Origin: an uncultured Candidatus Saccharibacteria bacterium | Lineage (GTDB): Bacteria; Patescibacteriota; Minisyncoccia; Phycocordibacterales; UBA9973 | NCBI GenBank assembly: GCA_964544225.1 | Contig: CAZIZK010000002.1 | Span: forward strand, 2,557 to 66,556 | Direction: 5' to 3' | Length of the DNA stretch: 64,000 bases | Shown here: positions 19,747 to 29,227 of the stretch, one piece after another | Position numbering within the stretch: position 1 is the first letter of the stretch | How the letters are laid out: every line of letters starts with the position of its first letter | Notes under the pieces: generated by a model | The model's input: the letters and a program-made list of their open reading frames with translations, nothing else | Databases searched by the model: none | What the model was told of the DNA's origin: nothing | Translations under genes and position numbers: made by a program

Positions 19747-20520
19747 ATGAGTAATTCAATTAATGCTGCTTTCGTAGTTGAGCACGCAAGAAGTAAAACA
19801 AAAGGCAGAGGACCTTCTCTTGGTTTTATGGGAATTAAAAACCCCAAAAAAGCTTTAGAAAAGGCTACTTTTTTCTACAACCTGATACAGAACCTAATAG
19901 ACTCAAAGCCTCACAAGGAAAAAAGTGAAATCAGATTTCGAGAATTCAAAGATGAAGATTTTGCCAAGATGAGTCCTTTTGATAATTGCTTCGTAAGAGT
20001 AAAAAATCTGGGAGGAGAGTTCAGATATGGCCAACTTGATTTTTACTTTGTTACCGAGAATGGAAAAATCATTGATGCTAATTTTTTCTTTGAAAATGAA
20101 AAATCTATGAAAGACAGGGATATTGAGTATGATTTCAAAGTTCGATACGGGTATAGATATGATTTGGGGGATCTAAAAAATGATGTAGAAAGTATTTGTT
20201 CTTACATGCAATCAGTTCATAGAGAAGAACTAGTTTATATCATTTTGGATTTTCCTCATTTTATGGAAACATCTGTTCTCTGGCTGTCTGATTTTAAGCG
20301 GTTGTCGTTCTCTGAATCTCACTTTTCAAGCATTCCTGCTATTGAAAAAATAGTTGATGACATCTCAAGAGACCGAATCAGGGATGAAAAAGAACAACAA
20401 AAACTTCATGCCCGGAGGGATGCAAAAATAGCTGAACTCACCAAAAATGGGGACAGAGTATTCATGTGTCCTTCCTGCGGAAGAATTAGTGGCTCAAGCT
20501 CAGGGCATTACTGTGCCTAA
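19747..20520 (+). CDS. Hypothetical protein with C-terminal CPSC...H.C putative Zn site
   Basis: 257-aa ORF with own promoter-like TTGACT-N17-TAATTT and downstream hairpin. Confidence 0.65.
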   Translation: MSNSINAAFVVEHARSKTKGRGPSLGFMGIKNPKKALEKATFFYNLIQNLIDSKPHKEKSEIRFREFKDEDFAKMSPFDNCFVRVKNLGGEFRYGQLDFYFVTENGKIIDANFFFENEKSMKDRDIEYDFKVRYGYRYDLGDLKNDVESICSYMQSVHREELVYIILDFPHFMETSVLWLSDFKRLSFSESHFSSIPAIEKIVDDISRDRIRDEKEQQKLHARRDAKIAELTKNGDRVFMCPSCGRISGSSSGHYCA

Positions 20521-20587
20521 GTAAGAGATTCAAAATCAAAACAATTATAAAAGCTTATTATCTCAAAAGGATAGTAAGCTTATTTTT

Positions 20588-21451
20588 TTATATCCTCCTT
20601 ATCTCCCCATACTCTTCTTTAATCAAATCTTTTATTTCCATTATGGAAAGAAGAGCGCCGGCGCGCGAGGCATCCATGCCACTGGCACGGATCAATTCAT
20701 CACGAGGCATTGGTTCGAGAAGCAGATCTATGATCTTCATTTCATCTTTACCACAGTCGGCATATTTCTCTTTATCTGTTTGAAGTGGCTTGTCTATTGC
20801 AAAGCCGAGTGCATCGAGCAATTCATCGCTATTGGTGACTGGTGTGGCACCTTGGCGTATCAGGTTGTTGGTACCTTTTGAATTTGGGGAGAAGGCGGAC
20901 CCTGGTACAACCAATACATCACGATTGTAGTCCAGGGCCATGCGTGCAGTGATAAGTGTGCCCGACTTTTCTTGGGCTTCTATTATTAGTACCGCTTTGG
21001 ACAATCCTGCCATCAGGCGGTTGCGCTGAGGGAATGAATATAATAATGACTTTTCATCGGGTAACATTTCAGAAAGTAGGCAACCACCAGCATCGACTAT
21101 TTCTTGGGCGAGTTTTATATTGGACCGTGGGTACAGAGCCGAATTGTCCAGGCCCGAGCCTGGCATAGAAAGTGTGATCAATCCATTTTTCAATGCTGCA
21201 CGGTGGGCGATAGTGTCGATACCGAGTGCCAGGCCCGACACTATTACAATAGGGTAACCTTTTAATCCGGCGATCAACTTCTCGCATATTTCTTTGCCAT
21301 ACGAGGTAAAGTTTCGTGAACCGACAACAGCTAGGTAGACATAATCCTCTGGAGGCAATTCACCCCTGCGAAAAAGTTGTTTAGGAGGTTGTGGAATCTC
21401 GAGCAGAGGCTTTGGAAATTCCTCCTCGTTTAATTTAAAAATATCTTCCAT
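20588..21451 (-). CDS. dprA: DNA-protecting protein DprA (Smf)
   Basis: AVVGSR, IVSGLALGID..AH, FPQRNR..AGLS, EA..KSGTLITA, KGTN.LI.QGA. Confidence 0.95.
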   Translation of the reverse strand: MEDIFKLNEEEFPKPLLEIPQPPKQLFRRGELPPEDYVYLAVVGSRNFTSYGKEICEKLIAGLKGYPIVIVSGLALGIDTIAHRAALKNGLITLSMPGSGLDNSALYPRSNIKLAQEIVDAGGCLLSEMLPDEKSLLYSFPQRNRLMAGLSKAVLIIEAQEKSGTLITARMALDYNRDVLVVPGSAFSPNSKGTNNLIRQGATPVTNSDELLDALGFAIDKPLQTDKEKYADCGKDEMKIIDLLLEPMPRDELIRASGMDASRAGALLSIMEIKDLIKEEYGEIRRI

Positions 21452-21573
21452 CCCGTTAGAGATAGGTAATCTTTAGATTACCGTACATAAATTAAATAAT
21501 AATATCAAAATTGAAAGTAATCTTTTAAAATAATCACCATAAGAAATACAAACATATATAATCTCTAACGGGA
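21451..21573. mobile_element. ~123-bp inverted-repeat element inserted at the dprA start codon
   Basis: TCCCGTTAGAGAT...ATCTCTAACGGGA; ATGGA on both sides in gene orientation; interior similar to the topA copy. Confidence 0.75.
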
Positions 21574-21626
21574 TCCATATTCAATTCGTATTTGTTTATT
21601 ATACCATTTTTGGTTATACTGTCTGT

Positions 21627-22934
21627 ATGTTAGACATCAAATTCATTCGTGAAAATACAGATATAGTAAAGGCAGGAGTTGCAAAGAAGAACTCGAGCGT
21701 CGATATCGACGCCCTTATAAAGCTCGACGACCAGAGGCTAGAGGCTCTAAAGAGGACCGAGGTTCTACGTGCCGAGCAGAACCGTATGAATGGGTCTATT
21801 TCTGTCGAGAAGGATGCATCTGTCCGCGCACAGATGATTGAAGAGATGCGCCTAGTAAAAGAAGATTTCAAAAAAGAAGAGGAGAGTCTAAAGGATATCA
21901 TGCAACAGTGGCAGGGTATGATGCTAAAGATCCCGAATATTCCATCTGTCGACACTCCAGAAGGTCCAGACGAAAGTGGCAACCAAGTTATCCGTCAGTG
22001 GGGGGAGAAGCCACAGTTCAGCTTTACTCCAAAGGAACATTTCGAAATAGGGCGTGCATTGGGCCTTATAGATACCGAGACAGCTGCCGAGGTAGCATCT
22101 TCACGTTACTCATATCTAAAGGGTGACTTGGTTATGATGCAGTTCGCACTGATCCAAATGTGTTTAAATATTTTAACCAACAAAGAAACTCTACAGAAGA
22201 TAGCAACTGAAGCCGGCGTGTCTATCGATGTAGACGCTTTTATGCCAGTGATCCCACCAGTATTTATCCGCCCACTAGTTCAGGTAAAGATGGCGCGCAT
22301 GATGGCACCCGAGGACCACTACATGTTCCCGAACGATGACCTGATGCTCATCGGTAGTGCTGAACATACACTAGGTTCAATGCATATGAATAAAATATTT
22401 GAAGAGAGTGAGTTGCCAATACGTTATGCTGGGTACTCTACTGCATTTCGTCGCGAGGCTGGTACTGCAGGTCGTGATACAAATGGCATATTGCGCCAGC
22501 ACCAGTTCGACAAGTTGGAGATGGAAGTATTCTCTCTTCCAGAGAACTCTATCCAAGAGCAGAACTTCCTCGTAGCTATCCAGGAACATGTATTGAAGAC
22601 TCTGAACTTGCCATACCAGGTGATATCAGTATGTAGTGGTGACATGGGCTTTCCAGATACACGCCAGATCGATATAGAAACATGGATGCCAGGTCAGAAC
22701 CTATACCGTGAGACTCATAGTGCCGACTCTACCGGAGGATTCCAATCACGCAGGCTCAATACTCGTGTGCGCCGTGCAGATGGCAAAATCGAGCCCGTAC
22801 ATATGAATGATGCAACAGTTGTGGCAATAGGCCGTACACTAATAGGTATTATAGAGAACTATCAACAAGAAGACGGCAGTATCCGCGTACCAGAAGCTTT
22901 GAAGAACTACCTAGGTAAAGACGTTATTAAATAA
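21627..22934 (+). CDS. serS: Serine--tRNA ligase
   Basis: MLDIKFIREN, FRREAGT.GRDT.GILRQHQF.K.E, DIE.W.P. Confidence 0.95.
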   Translation: MLDIKFIRENTDIVKAGVAKKNSSVDIDALIKLDDQRLEALKRTEVLRAEQNRMNGSISVEKDASVRAQMIEEMRLVKEDFKKEEESLKDIMQQWQGMMLKIPNIPSVDTPEGPDESGNQVIRQWGEKPQFSFTPKEHFEIGRALGLIDTETAAEVASSRYSYLKGDLVMMQFALIQMCLNILTNKETLQKIATEAGVSIDVDAFMPVIPPVFIRPLVQVKMARMMAPEDHYMFPNDDLMLIGSAEHTLGSMHMNKIFEESELPIRYAGYSTAFRREAGTAGRDTNGILRQHQFDKLEMEVFSLPENSIQEQNFLVAIQEHVLKTLNLPYQVISVCSGDMGFPDTRQIDIETWMPGQNLYRETHSADSTGGFQSRRLNTRVRRADGKIEPVHMNDATVVAIGRTLIGIIENYQQEDGSIRVPEALKNYLGKDVIK

Positions 22935-22943
22935 TATTTTAAT

Positions 22944-23819
22944 ATGGCCAAAGCTAAAAGCTCGCTCGTTACATCTCCACGTATAGAGGAAATCAAACGC
23001 CGAAAGAAGAGGCGTATTCGTTTTGCTATACTTTTCTATTCCGTATCTTTTATCGTACTGGTTGTTTTGTTTACACTCGTGTCTCGTATACCAAAACTAC
23101 ATATTAAAAATATTGAAGTGAACGGCACACATATAGTAGACAGCACCCAGGTAATAGACTATACAAATAGCCAGATAAGTGGGCGCTATTTATATTTGTT
23201 CGATAAGAAGAATGCTTTCATTTACCCAAATAATAAAATACAGAAGGACCTGGTAAAGAAGTTCCCACGAATCAATAATATCGACATATCGTTGCGAGGC
23301 TTCCATACTATTGTTATAGATATCACCGAGCGAACTGGTTCGTATCTATGGTGTGGGGCAAGTATTCCAGAAGTCGTAAGTGATGCGGGGGACAATTGTT
23401 ACTTTGTAAATTCCGATGGAAAAGTTTTCGACCAGGCGCCATACTTCTCGGGTAATGTTTACTTCAAGTTTTATATACCTATCGACACTGTCGATGATGT
23501 TTTTAATAAGCAAGTTTTAGATCAACCAACTTTCCAGAAAGTGATATCATTTACCGATGGGTTGGAGGCACTGGGCGTGCATGCTGTGTCAGTGGTTATG
23601 AATAACCCTGCTGAATATGCATTCCATCTAGATCGCAAGAGTAATATTGCAGAACCTGTAATATATTTCAATAGTGAGAATGATTTAAATAAAATATTTC
23701 AGAATTTCTCATCGGCCATGAGTAAAGACGAGTTTAGAAATCAGATAAATACAAAATATGATGTTTTGCAATATATTGACCTAAGGTTTAATAATAAAGT
23801 TTTATATAAATTCCGCTAA
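22944..23819 (+). CDS. FtsQ/DivIB-like cell division protein
   Basis: Basic N-terminus, TM, POTRA-like I..IEV.G, ITER, C-terminal YIDLRF.NKV.YK. Confidence 0.7.
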   Translation: MAKAKSSLVTSPRIEEIKRRKKRRIRFAILFYSVSFIVLVVLFTLVSRIPKLHIKNIEVNGTHIVDSTQVIDYTNSQISGRYLYLFDKKNAFIYPNNKIQKDLVKKFPRINNIDISLRGFHTIVIDITERTGSYLWCGASIPEVVSDAGDNCYFVNSDGKVFDQAPYFSGNVYFKFYIPIDTVDDVFNKQVLDQPTFQKVISFTDGLEALGVHAVSVVMNNPAEYAFHLDRKSNIAEPVIYFNSENDLNKIFQNFSSAMSKDEFRNQINTKYDVLQYIDLRFNNKVLYKFR

Positions 23820-23823
23820 TGAA

Positions 23824-23944
23824 TCCCGTTAGAAGCCGCGGTCGCAAGTAAATAAATATTAATTATGATACAAGATAAAATTTTAATTTATAAATATAAT
23901 ACAGAATGTCGTGATTTTTTGATCGCGATCTGCTTCTAACGGGA
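23824..23944. mobile_element. ~121-bp inverted-repeat element inserted at the dus start codon
   Basis: ATGAA-TCCCGTTAGAAGC...GCTTCTAACGGG-ATGAAT. Confidence 0.75.
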
Positions 23945-25077
23945 TGAATAATTTCTGGCAAAATCTTCCAAAGCCTTTTATGGCACTTGCCCCTATGGCT
24001 GACGTTACCGACCCGGCATTTCGACGTATCATAGCAAAGTATGGCAAGCCCGATGTTACCTGGACCGAGTTCGTATCTGCCGACGGCTTGATGAGTGCAG
24101 GTAGGGAAGTATTGAAGAGGGACCTAGAGTATAGCGAGGTGGAACGGCCGATAGTTGCTCAACTCTTTTCCTCGCACCCGGATCGGATGCGTGGCGCAGC
24201 GAAGCTGTGCGCCGAGCTCGGCTTTGATGGTATCGATATAAACATGGGATGTCCGGATCGTAGTATAGAGAAGCAGGGCGCCGGCGCCGCCATGATCAAG
24301 ACTCCAGAGATAGCCGCGCAGATTATCCAAGCAGTGAAAGACGGTATAGCAGATGCGGGCAAGGATATCCCCGTATCAGTGAAGACTCGAGTAGGGTACA
24401 ACCAAGTTCAGATAAAAGAGTGGATACCATTCATCCTTTCACAGAATATTGATGCCCTGACAGTGCATTCAAGAACCAGGAAGGAAATGTCCAAAGTTCC
24501 AGCGCATTGGGAATATATAAAAGAAGTGGTAAAGATCCGCGACAAGATGGGTATAAAAACAAAGATATTGGGTAATGGTGATGTACGCGATATTGCCCAT
24601 GCCAGACAATTGGCAAGTGAGTCTGGTTGTGATGGTGTAATGATCGGCCGCGCAATATTTGGTAACCCGTGGTTGTTTGGAAAGGGAGCTTCTTCTCGTT
24701 CTGAATATATTCCTTCCAAAGACACGAATAATTTTCTGGTGAAAATTTTCTCTTCTCGCGCCAGAAGCATGGTGAAGGGCCTTTGGCAGAAACATATTCT
24801 TCACTCGAAGAAGCAAGACGACTCACATAAATATTGGCTACATGTGGAAAATACTATTCCAGTAAAGGAACGGTTGGAAGTGATGGTAGAGCATATGGAA
24901 CTTTTTGATCAGTTACTCGGTGACATAAAGAACTTTGCCATTATGAAGAAGCACTTCAAGGCGTATGTAAATGGCTTCGAAGGTGCCAAAGAACTCCGCA
25001 TGAAGCTCATGGATTGTCACTCTGTACCCGAAGCCCGCACTATCGTTGCAGAATTTCTAAAGACATTTAAAATGTAA
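23944..25077 (+). CDS. tRNA-dihydrouridine synthase (Dus family) with internal ~42-aa insertion
   Basis: LAPMADVTD, DINMGCP, SVKTR.G, H.RT, GNGDV, GRAIFGNPW. Confidence 0.9.
   Translation: MNNFWQNLPKPFMALAPMADVTDPAFRRIIAKYGKPDVTWTEFVSADGLMSAGREVLKRDLEYSEVERPIVAQLFSSHPDRMRGAAKLCAELGFDGIDINMGCPDRSIEKQGAGAAMIKTPEIAAQIIQAVKDGIADAGKDIPVSVKTRVGYNQVQIKEWIPFILSQNIDALTVHSRTRKEMSKVPAHWEYIKEVVKIRDKMGIKTKILGNGDVRDIAHARQLASESGCDGVMIGRAIFGNPWLFGKGASSRSEYIPSKDTNNFLVKIFSSRARSMVKGLWQKHILHSKKQDDSHKYWLHVENTIPVKERLEVMVEHMELFDQLLGDIKNFAIMKKHFKAYVNGFEGAKELRMKLMDCHSVPEARTIVAEFLKTFKM
24688..24814. repeat. ~127-nt imperfect palindrome inserted in frame in dus
   Basis: gcttcttc/gaagaagc ends; gaatatattccttccaaag pairs imperfectly with ctttggcagaaacatattc; ttctggtg/cgccagaa inner stem. 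Confidence 0.6.
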
Positions 25078-25151
25078 AAATTATGTTTTTAAAATAAAAA
25101 AACTCTGAACAATTAAATTATTCAGAGTTCTTTGTTAAAATTTTTACAGCT

Positions 25152-25694
25152 TTAATACCAAGGTTTATCTCCTTGTTTTAGCCAGTTTGCTAAAGCCTCA
25201 ATTTCCTCTTCAGAGAATGTTGTTGCATTTTCTCTAAAATTTATCCTGTATGCTCGGCTAACTACTTCATGATCTATATCTTTTTCTAACCATGGTCCAT
25301 AATAAGAATAATAGTGAGAAAGATACAATGTAGTGGTTGCGCCATGTGAGTTTGGGCTATCGGCAAAAAAAAGTTCTATATAAATTTTTTTATTTGGATG
25401 AAAAAGAAATTCAATTGTATGGTGGCGCGTAATAGCGCTTTTAATCTTTATATGTTGAGTATGGGGATATATAGAACTAAAGTGAAATGGTTGCAAAGAA
25501 CAACCTTGTTCGACTAAAGATTTATACATATTTTCCATAAATTTTTTTATACTAAGCTCAATCTTGCCCTCTAATTGCTTAATTGTCTCAGTGTCTTTTG
25601 GGTCCAGTTTGGCGAATTCTTCGTCAAAATGAATTATTTCAAGTTTTGTTTCCATGTGTGTAGGTTTTTTATATTTATATAGATTTTTTAGCAT
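25152..25694 (-). CDS. Hypothetical protein (AT-rich ORFan)
   Basis: 180-aa ORF (start may be the Met near 25655); terminator-like hairpin near 25100-25130. Confidence 0.55.
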   Translation of the reverse strand: MLKNLYKYKKPTHMETKLEIIHFDEEFAKLDPKDTETIKQLEGKIELSIKKFMENMYKSLVEQGCSLQPFHFSSIYPHTQHIKIKSAITRHHTIEFLFHPNKKIYIELFFADSPNSHGATTTLYLSHYYSYYGPWLEKDIDHEVVSRAYRINFRENATTFSEEEIEALANWLKQGDKPWY

Positions 25695-25759
25695 TTTGTC
25701 AAATGGTCTTTCATTTTACCTTTTTGTGTAAAGTAGTTAATTTGTTATACTTACACAAT

Positions 25760-26821
25760 ATGAAGAAGGATACAAAAAAGGGGGAGGCTCATATAGCACT
25801 GTATAGGAAGTATAGGCCAGGGAACTTTGCCGATGTTATAGGCCAGGACCATATAGTAAAAGCTATCGAAGGTGCGTTGAAGGCTGGTAAAGTTTCGCAC
25901 GCATACCTTCTGACAGGGGCACGCGGTACAGGCAAGACAACTATTGCCCGTATTATTGCCAACGTTCTAGGTACATCACCAAACGATATATATGAGATGG
26001 ATGGTGCTTCGAATCGCAAGATCGAAGACGCCCGCGATATAAAGGAGAACGTTCGAACATTGCCATTTGACTCTAAATACAAAGTCTACATCCTCGACGA
26101 AGTTCACATGCTGACAAAAGAAGCTTGGAACGCACTACTGAAAACTATCGAAGAGCCACCAGAGCATGCAATATTTATCCTCGCTACTACCGAGATAGAA
26201 AAGGTCCCCGAGACTATTGTGTCACGTTGTCAGACATTTGTTTTCAAGAAGCCGACCGACATAATACTTGCAGGTGTTGTTACAAATATCGCAAAGAAAG
26301 AAGGCTATACTATCGAAGATGGTGGGGCCGAGCTCATAGCACTACTGGGTGATGGGTCATTCCGTGATACTTTGTCGACCCTCGACAAGATTATCTCTTT
26401 TGCACAAACAAACAAGATAAGCTTGCAGGATATTGTCGAGGTAACAGGTGCACCTGATACAACACTTGTAAAAGATTTTATTACAGCACTTGCAAACAAT
26501 AATATCGAGCAAGGTTACGAAACTCTAGATAAGATCGTAAAACAAAATATTGAAATGAAAGTCTACATAAAGATGGTACTAGCAATGTTGCGCCACGCAT
26601 TGATGCTACGCTATGCGCCAGCTATGAAGGCAAAGGTGGCCGACTCTGTATCAGAATCTGATATGGAATTCCTGATAGACATTATTTCCAAGAAGCCGGA
26701 ACATATATCATCACGAACACTATCTATAATACTCGAGGCATATCAAGGATTGCGATACTCATTCATCTCTTCTTTACCACTCGAGCTTGCCCTTGTTAGA
26801 ATTTTGAATAATGAAAAGTAA
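25760..26821 (+). CDS. dnaX: DNA polymerase III subunit gamma/tau
   Basis: LYRKYRP..F..VIGQ, GARGTGKTT, DEVHML, NALLKT.EEPP, SRCQ. Confidence 0.95.
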   Translation: MKKDTKKGEAHIALYRKYRPGNFADVIGQDHIVKAIEGALKAGKVSHAYLLTGARGTGKTTIARIIANVLGTSPNDIYEMDGASNRKIEDARDIKENVRTLPFDSKYKVYILDEVHMLTKEAWNALLKTIEEPPEHAIFILATTEIEKVPETIVSRCQTFVFKKPTDIILAGVVTNIAKKEGYTIEDGGAELIALLGDGSFRDTLSTLDKIISFAQTNKISLQDIVEVTGAPDTTLVKDFITALANNNIEQGYETLDKIVKQNIEMKVYIKMVLAMLRHALMLRYAPAMKAKVADSVSESDMEFLIDIISKKPEHISSRTLSIILEAYQGLRYSFISSLPLELALVRILNNEK

Positions 26822-28061
26822 AGAAAATACTATATACGATGTAATAGTTGTGGGTGGAGGAGCCTCTGGTATGATGGCTGCCTCTGTTGCGTCAGCGTTG
26901 GGTAAAAAAGTTTTAATAATAGAGAAGAACCGGGGCCTAGGTGAGAAGCTGAAGATCACTGGCGGTGGTAGGTGCAATATTACAAATGCCGAGGAAGACT
27001 TGCGTGTACTTATGAAGAACTATGGTGTGGCTGAGCCATTCCTGTATTCTGCATTTGCCCGATTCGACAACCAAGACACTTTTAAATATTTTACCGATAG
27101 GGGTTTGCCACTGGTAGTGCAGGCACGCAAGCGCGCATTTCCACACACTGAACGAGCCATCGATGTTTATAATGTAATGAAGAAGGAGTTAGAGAAGGGT
27201 GGAGTGGAGGTGATACTCGGTGCCCAGGTTACCAATATATCTACTGAGGGTAACAAAATAAAAAGTATAAATACAATAAAAGGGAATTATGTTGCAAAGT
27301 CATACATACTTGCAACTGGGGGTATGTCGCACCCAGAGACAGGTGCAACAGGTGACGGATTCAAATTCCTAAAAGATCTGGGCCACAAGATAAAAGAACC
27401 TACACCATCGATAGTGCCGCTGGAAGTGGCAGAGTCTTGGGTGCACGAACTTGCAGGAGTGTCACTGTCATTTATGAAGATCACTTTCTTCATGGAGGAC
27501 AAGAAAGCTTTTAGTAAAACGGGCAAAGTCCTCTTTACACACTTTGGACTTTCGGGCCCACTGATACTCAATAGCGCAAGTAAAGTGGGTGACTTGCTAC
27601 AAAGTGGCAAAGTAACTGCATATATCGATGCATATCCAGATACGAATCATGGCGCTCTTTCAGAAAAAATAATAAAGATATTTGATGCCAACAAGAACAA
27701 AGCTTTGAAAACTGTTTTCAAAGACATTGTTCCAGAAGGGACAGCGAAAGCCCTGCAACAAGTCTTCCCTGATATTGATTTCGAAACCAAAGTACATAGT
27801 GTTACGAAAGACATGCGCAAGCTTATAGTGCATACACTAAAGGCTCTGCCTGTAACTATTACTAACCTGATGGGTTACGATCGCGCTGTGGTAGCCGATG
27901 GTGGGGTATTGCTGACCGAAGTAGACATGAAGACTATGAAGTCTAAACTATATGACAATTTATATATCACAGGGGACTTGCTCAATATCAACCGCCCTTC
28001 GGGTGGCTACGGCCTCCAGCTGTGTTGGACTACTGGGTTTATAGCAGGTACTGAAGCATAG
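26811..28061 (+). CDS. HI0933/BaiN-family flavoprotein
   Basis: GGGASGMMAA, KL.ITGGGRCNITN, LATGG.S.P.TG.TGDG, LFTHFGLSGP, GGYGLQ....TG. Confidence 0.9.
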   Translation: MKSKENTIYDVIVVGGGASGMMAASVASALGKKVLIIEKNRGLGEKLKITGGGRCNITNAEEDLRVLMKNYGVAEPFLYSAFARFDNQDTFKYFTDRGLPLVVQARKRAFPHTERAIDVYNVMKKELEKGGVEVILGAQVTNISTEGNKIKSINTIKGNYVAKSYILATGGMSHPETGATGDGFKFLKDLGHKIKEPTPSIVPLEVAESWVHELAGVSLSFMKITFFMEDKKAFSKTGKVLFTHFGLSGPLILNSASKVGDLLQSGKVTAYIDAYPDTNHGALSEKIIKIFDANKNKALKTVFKDIVPEGTAKALQQVFPDIDFETKVHSVTKDMRKLIVHTLKALPVTITNLMGYDRAVVADGGVLLTEVDMKTMKSKLYDNLYITGDLLNINRPSGGYGLQLCWTTGFIAGTEA

Positions 28062-28112
28062 CACTATTGACTTTTTTCTATTTTAGTGTTATTTTAAAAG
28101 AAAAAAGAAATT

Positions 28113-28385
28113 ATGCATTACTCAGAAATTGAAAATGGATTTGTTATCCTTGATGAGGACAATAATCTAGTAGTCTTTAAAAGAGACGAAACCGGCTTTA
28201 CTTTTACATGTAACCCACCAAACATGACGTGGAGTGTCATATCTACGGTGAATGGCACGAAAGTACTGGAGGAAAATGAAGAATTCCTTTTTGCTTTTGA
28301 GCAAGCCAAGGCAATTGATTTTACCATTGGGAAGGTATTCACCAACCCTGAAGTAATAAAGGTTGTGCTTGGAGGCCCTTGGTAA
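28113..28385 (+). CDS. Small hypothetical protein
   Basis: 90-aa ORF with upstream TTGACT/TATTTT and downstream terminator. Confidence 0.55.
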   Translation: MHYSEIENGFVILDEDNNLVVFKRDETGFTFTCNPPNMTWSVISTVNGTKVLEENEEFLFAFEQAKAIDFTIGKVFTNPEVIKVVLGGPW

Positions 28386-28531
28386 TTATTTAAGATTTTA
28401 TTTTTTAAAAAACCGACACGAGTGTTAATACACTTTGTCGGTTTTTTTATTGGCTTGTTTTATAAGGAGATAATAGCAAAATCATAGTTATTGACTTTAT
28501 ACCTAAAATATGGTATTATATAGTAAATACA

Positions 28532-29053
28532 GTGATGAAAAGAAAAACCTTGAAAAACCTAGGCCAAGTGGCCACAGCACAGCTTGTGCAAAGAGTAATA
28601 GGTGTATCAAATGGTGTTTTCTTATCACCAATTGTTATTATCTACTTCGACAGTTATGTTAAAAGCATTGTTGTCCTGTCTTTTATATCTATTGTTATGT
28701 GTATTGCTTTAATCATGTTATATGATTTTAGTAAAAAAGATTGGCTCTTCTTAGAAGAGTTGAAACAAACACAGAATAATTTAAATGAAGATGTAGTAAT
28801 AGGTAAAAGTTCTATTACAAAAAAAATAGCAAAATGGTCAAATAAAAATAAGGGTATCTTGTTTTTATTGATAGTTTGCTTAGACCCAACGATTGCAGTT
28901 TTGTATTATCGAAAGGGGTCATATCTCTACAACGGGATAAAAGAACTTAAAATAGCAGTGTTGTTTTTAGTAAGTACTGTTGTGTATAACACAATATTTA
29001 CCTACTCTGCTACTTTCATCATTTGGCTTTGCCATTTGATAACGAATTTATAA
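28532..29053 (+). CDS. Hypothetical membrane protein
   Basis: Hydrophobic segments; TTGACT-N17-TATTAT upstream; terminator downstream. Confidence 0.6.
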   Translation: MMKRKTLKNLGQVATAQLVQRVIGVSNGVFLSPIVIIYFDSYVKSIVVLSFISIVMCIALIMLYDFSKKDWLFLEELKQTQNNLNEDVVIGKSSITKKIAKWSNKNKGILFLLIVCLDPTIAVLYYRKGSYLYNGIKELKIAVLFLVSTVVYNTIFTYSATFIIWLCHLITNL

Positions 29054-29134
29054 AAAGCTTCAGCAATGAGGCTTTTTTTATTACCCAGCTTGAAAAATAG
29101 TCATTTTTGGGGTATTCTGTTAGTGTCTATATAT

Positions 29135-29205
29135 TGGGATATCGTCTAATGGTAGGACAGGGGCCTTTGAAGCCCTTAATCGAGGTTCGAATCCTTGTAT
29201 CCCAG
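29135..29205 (+). tRNA. tRNA-Gln (anticodon TTG)
   Basis: TGGGATA TCGTCTAATGGTAGGAC A GGGGC-CT-TTG-AA-GCCCT ... GGTTCGAATCC TATCCCA G. Confidence 0.95.
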
Positions 29206-29227
29206 CAAAAAATGCTATACTAGCTTT

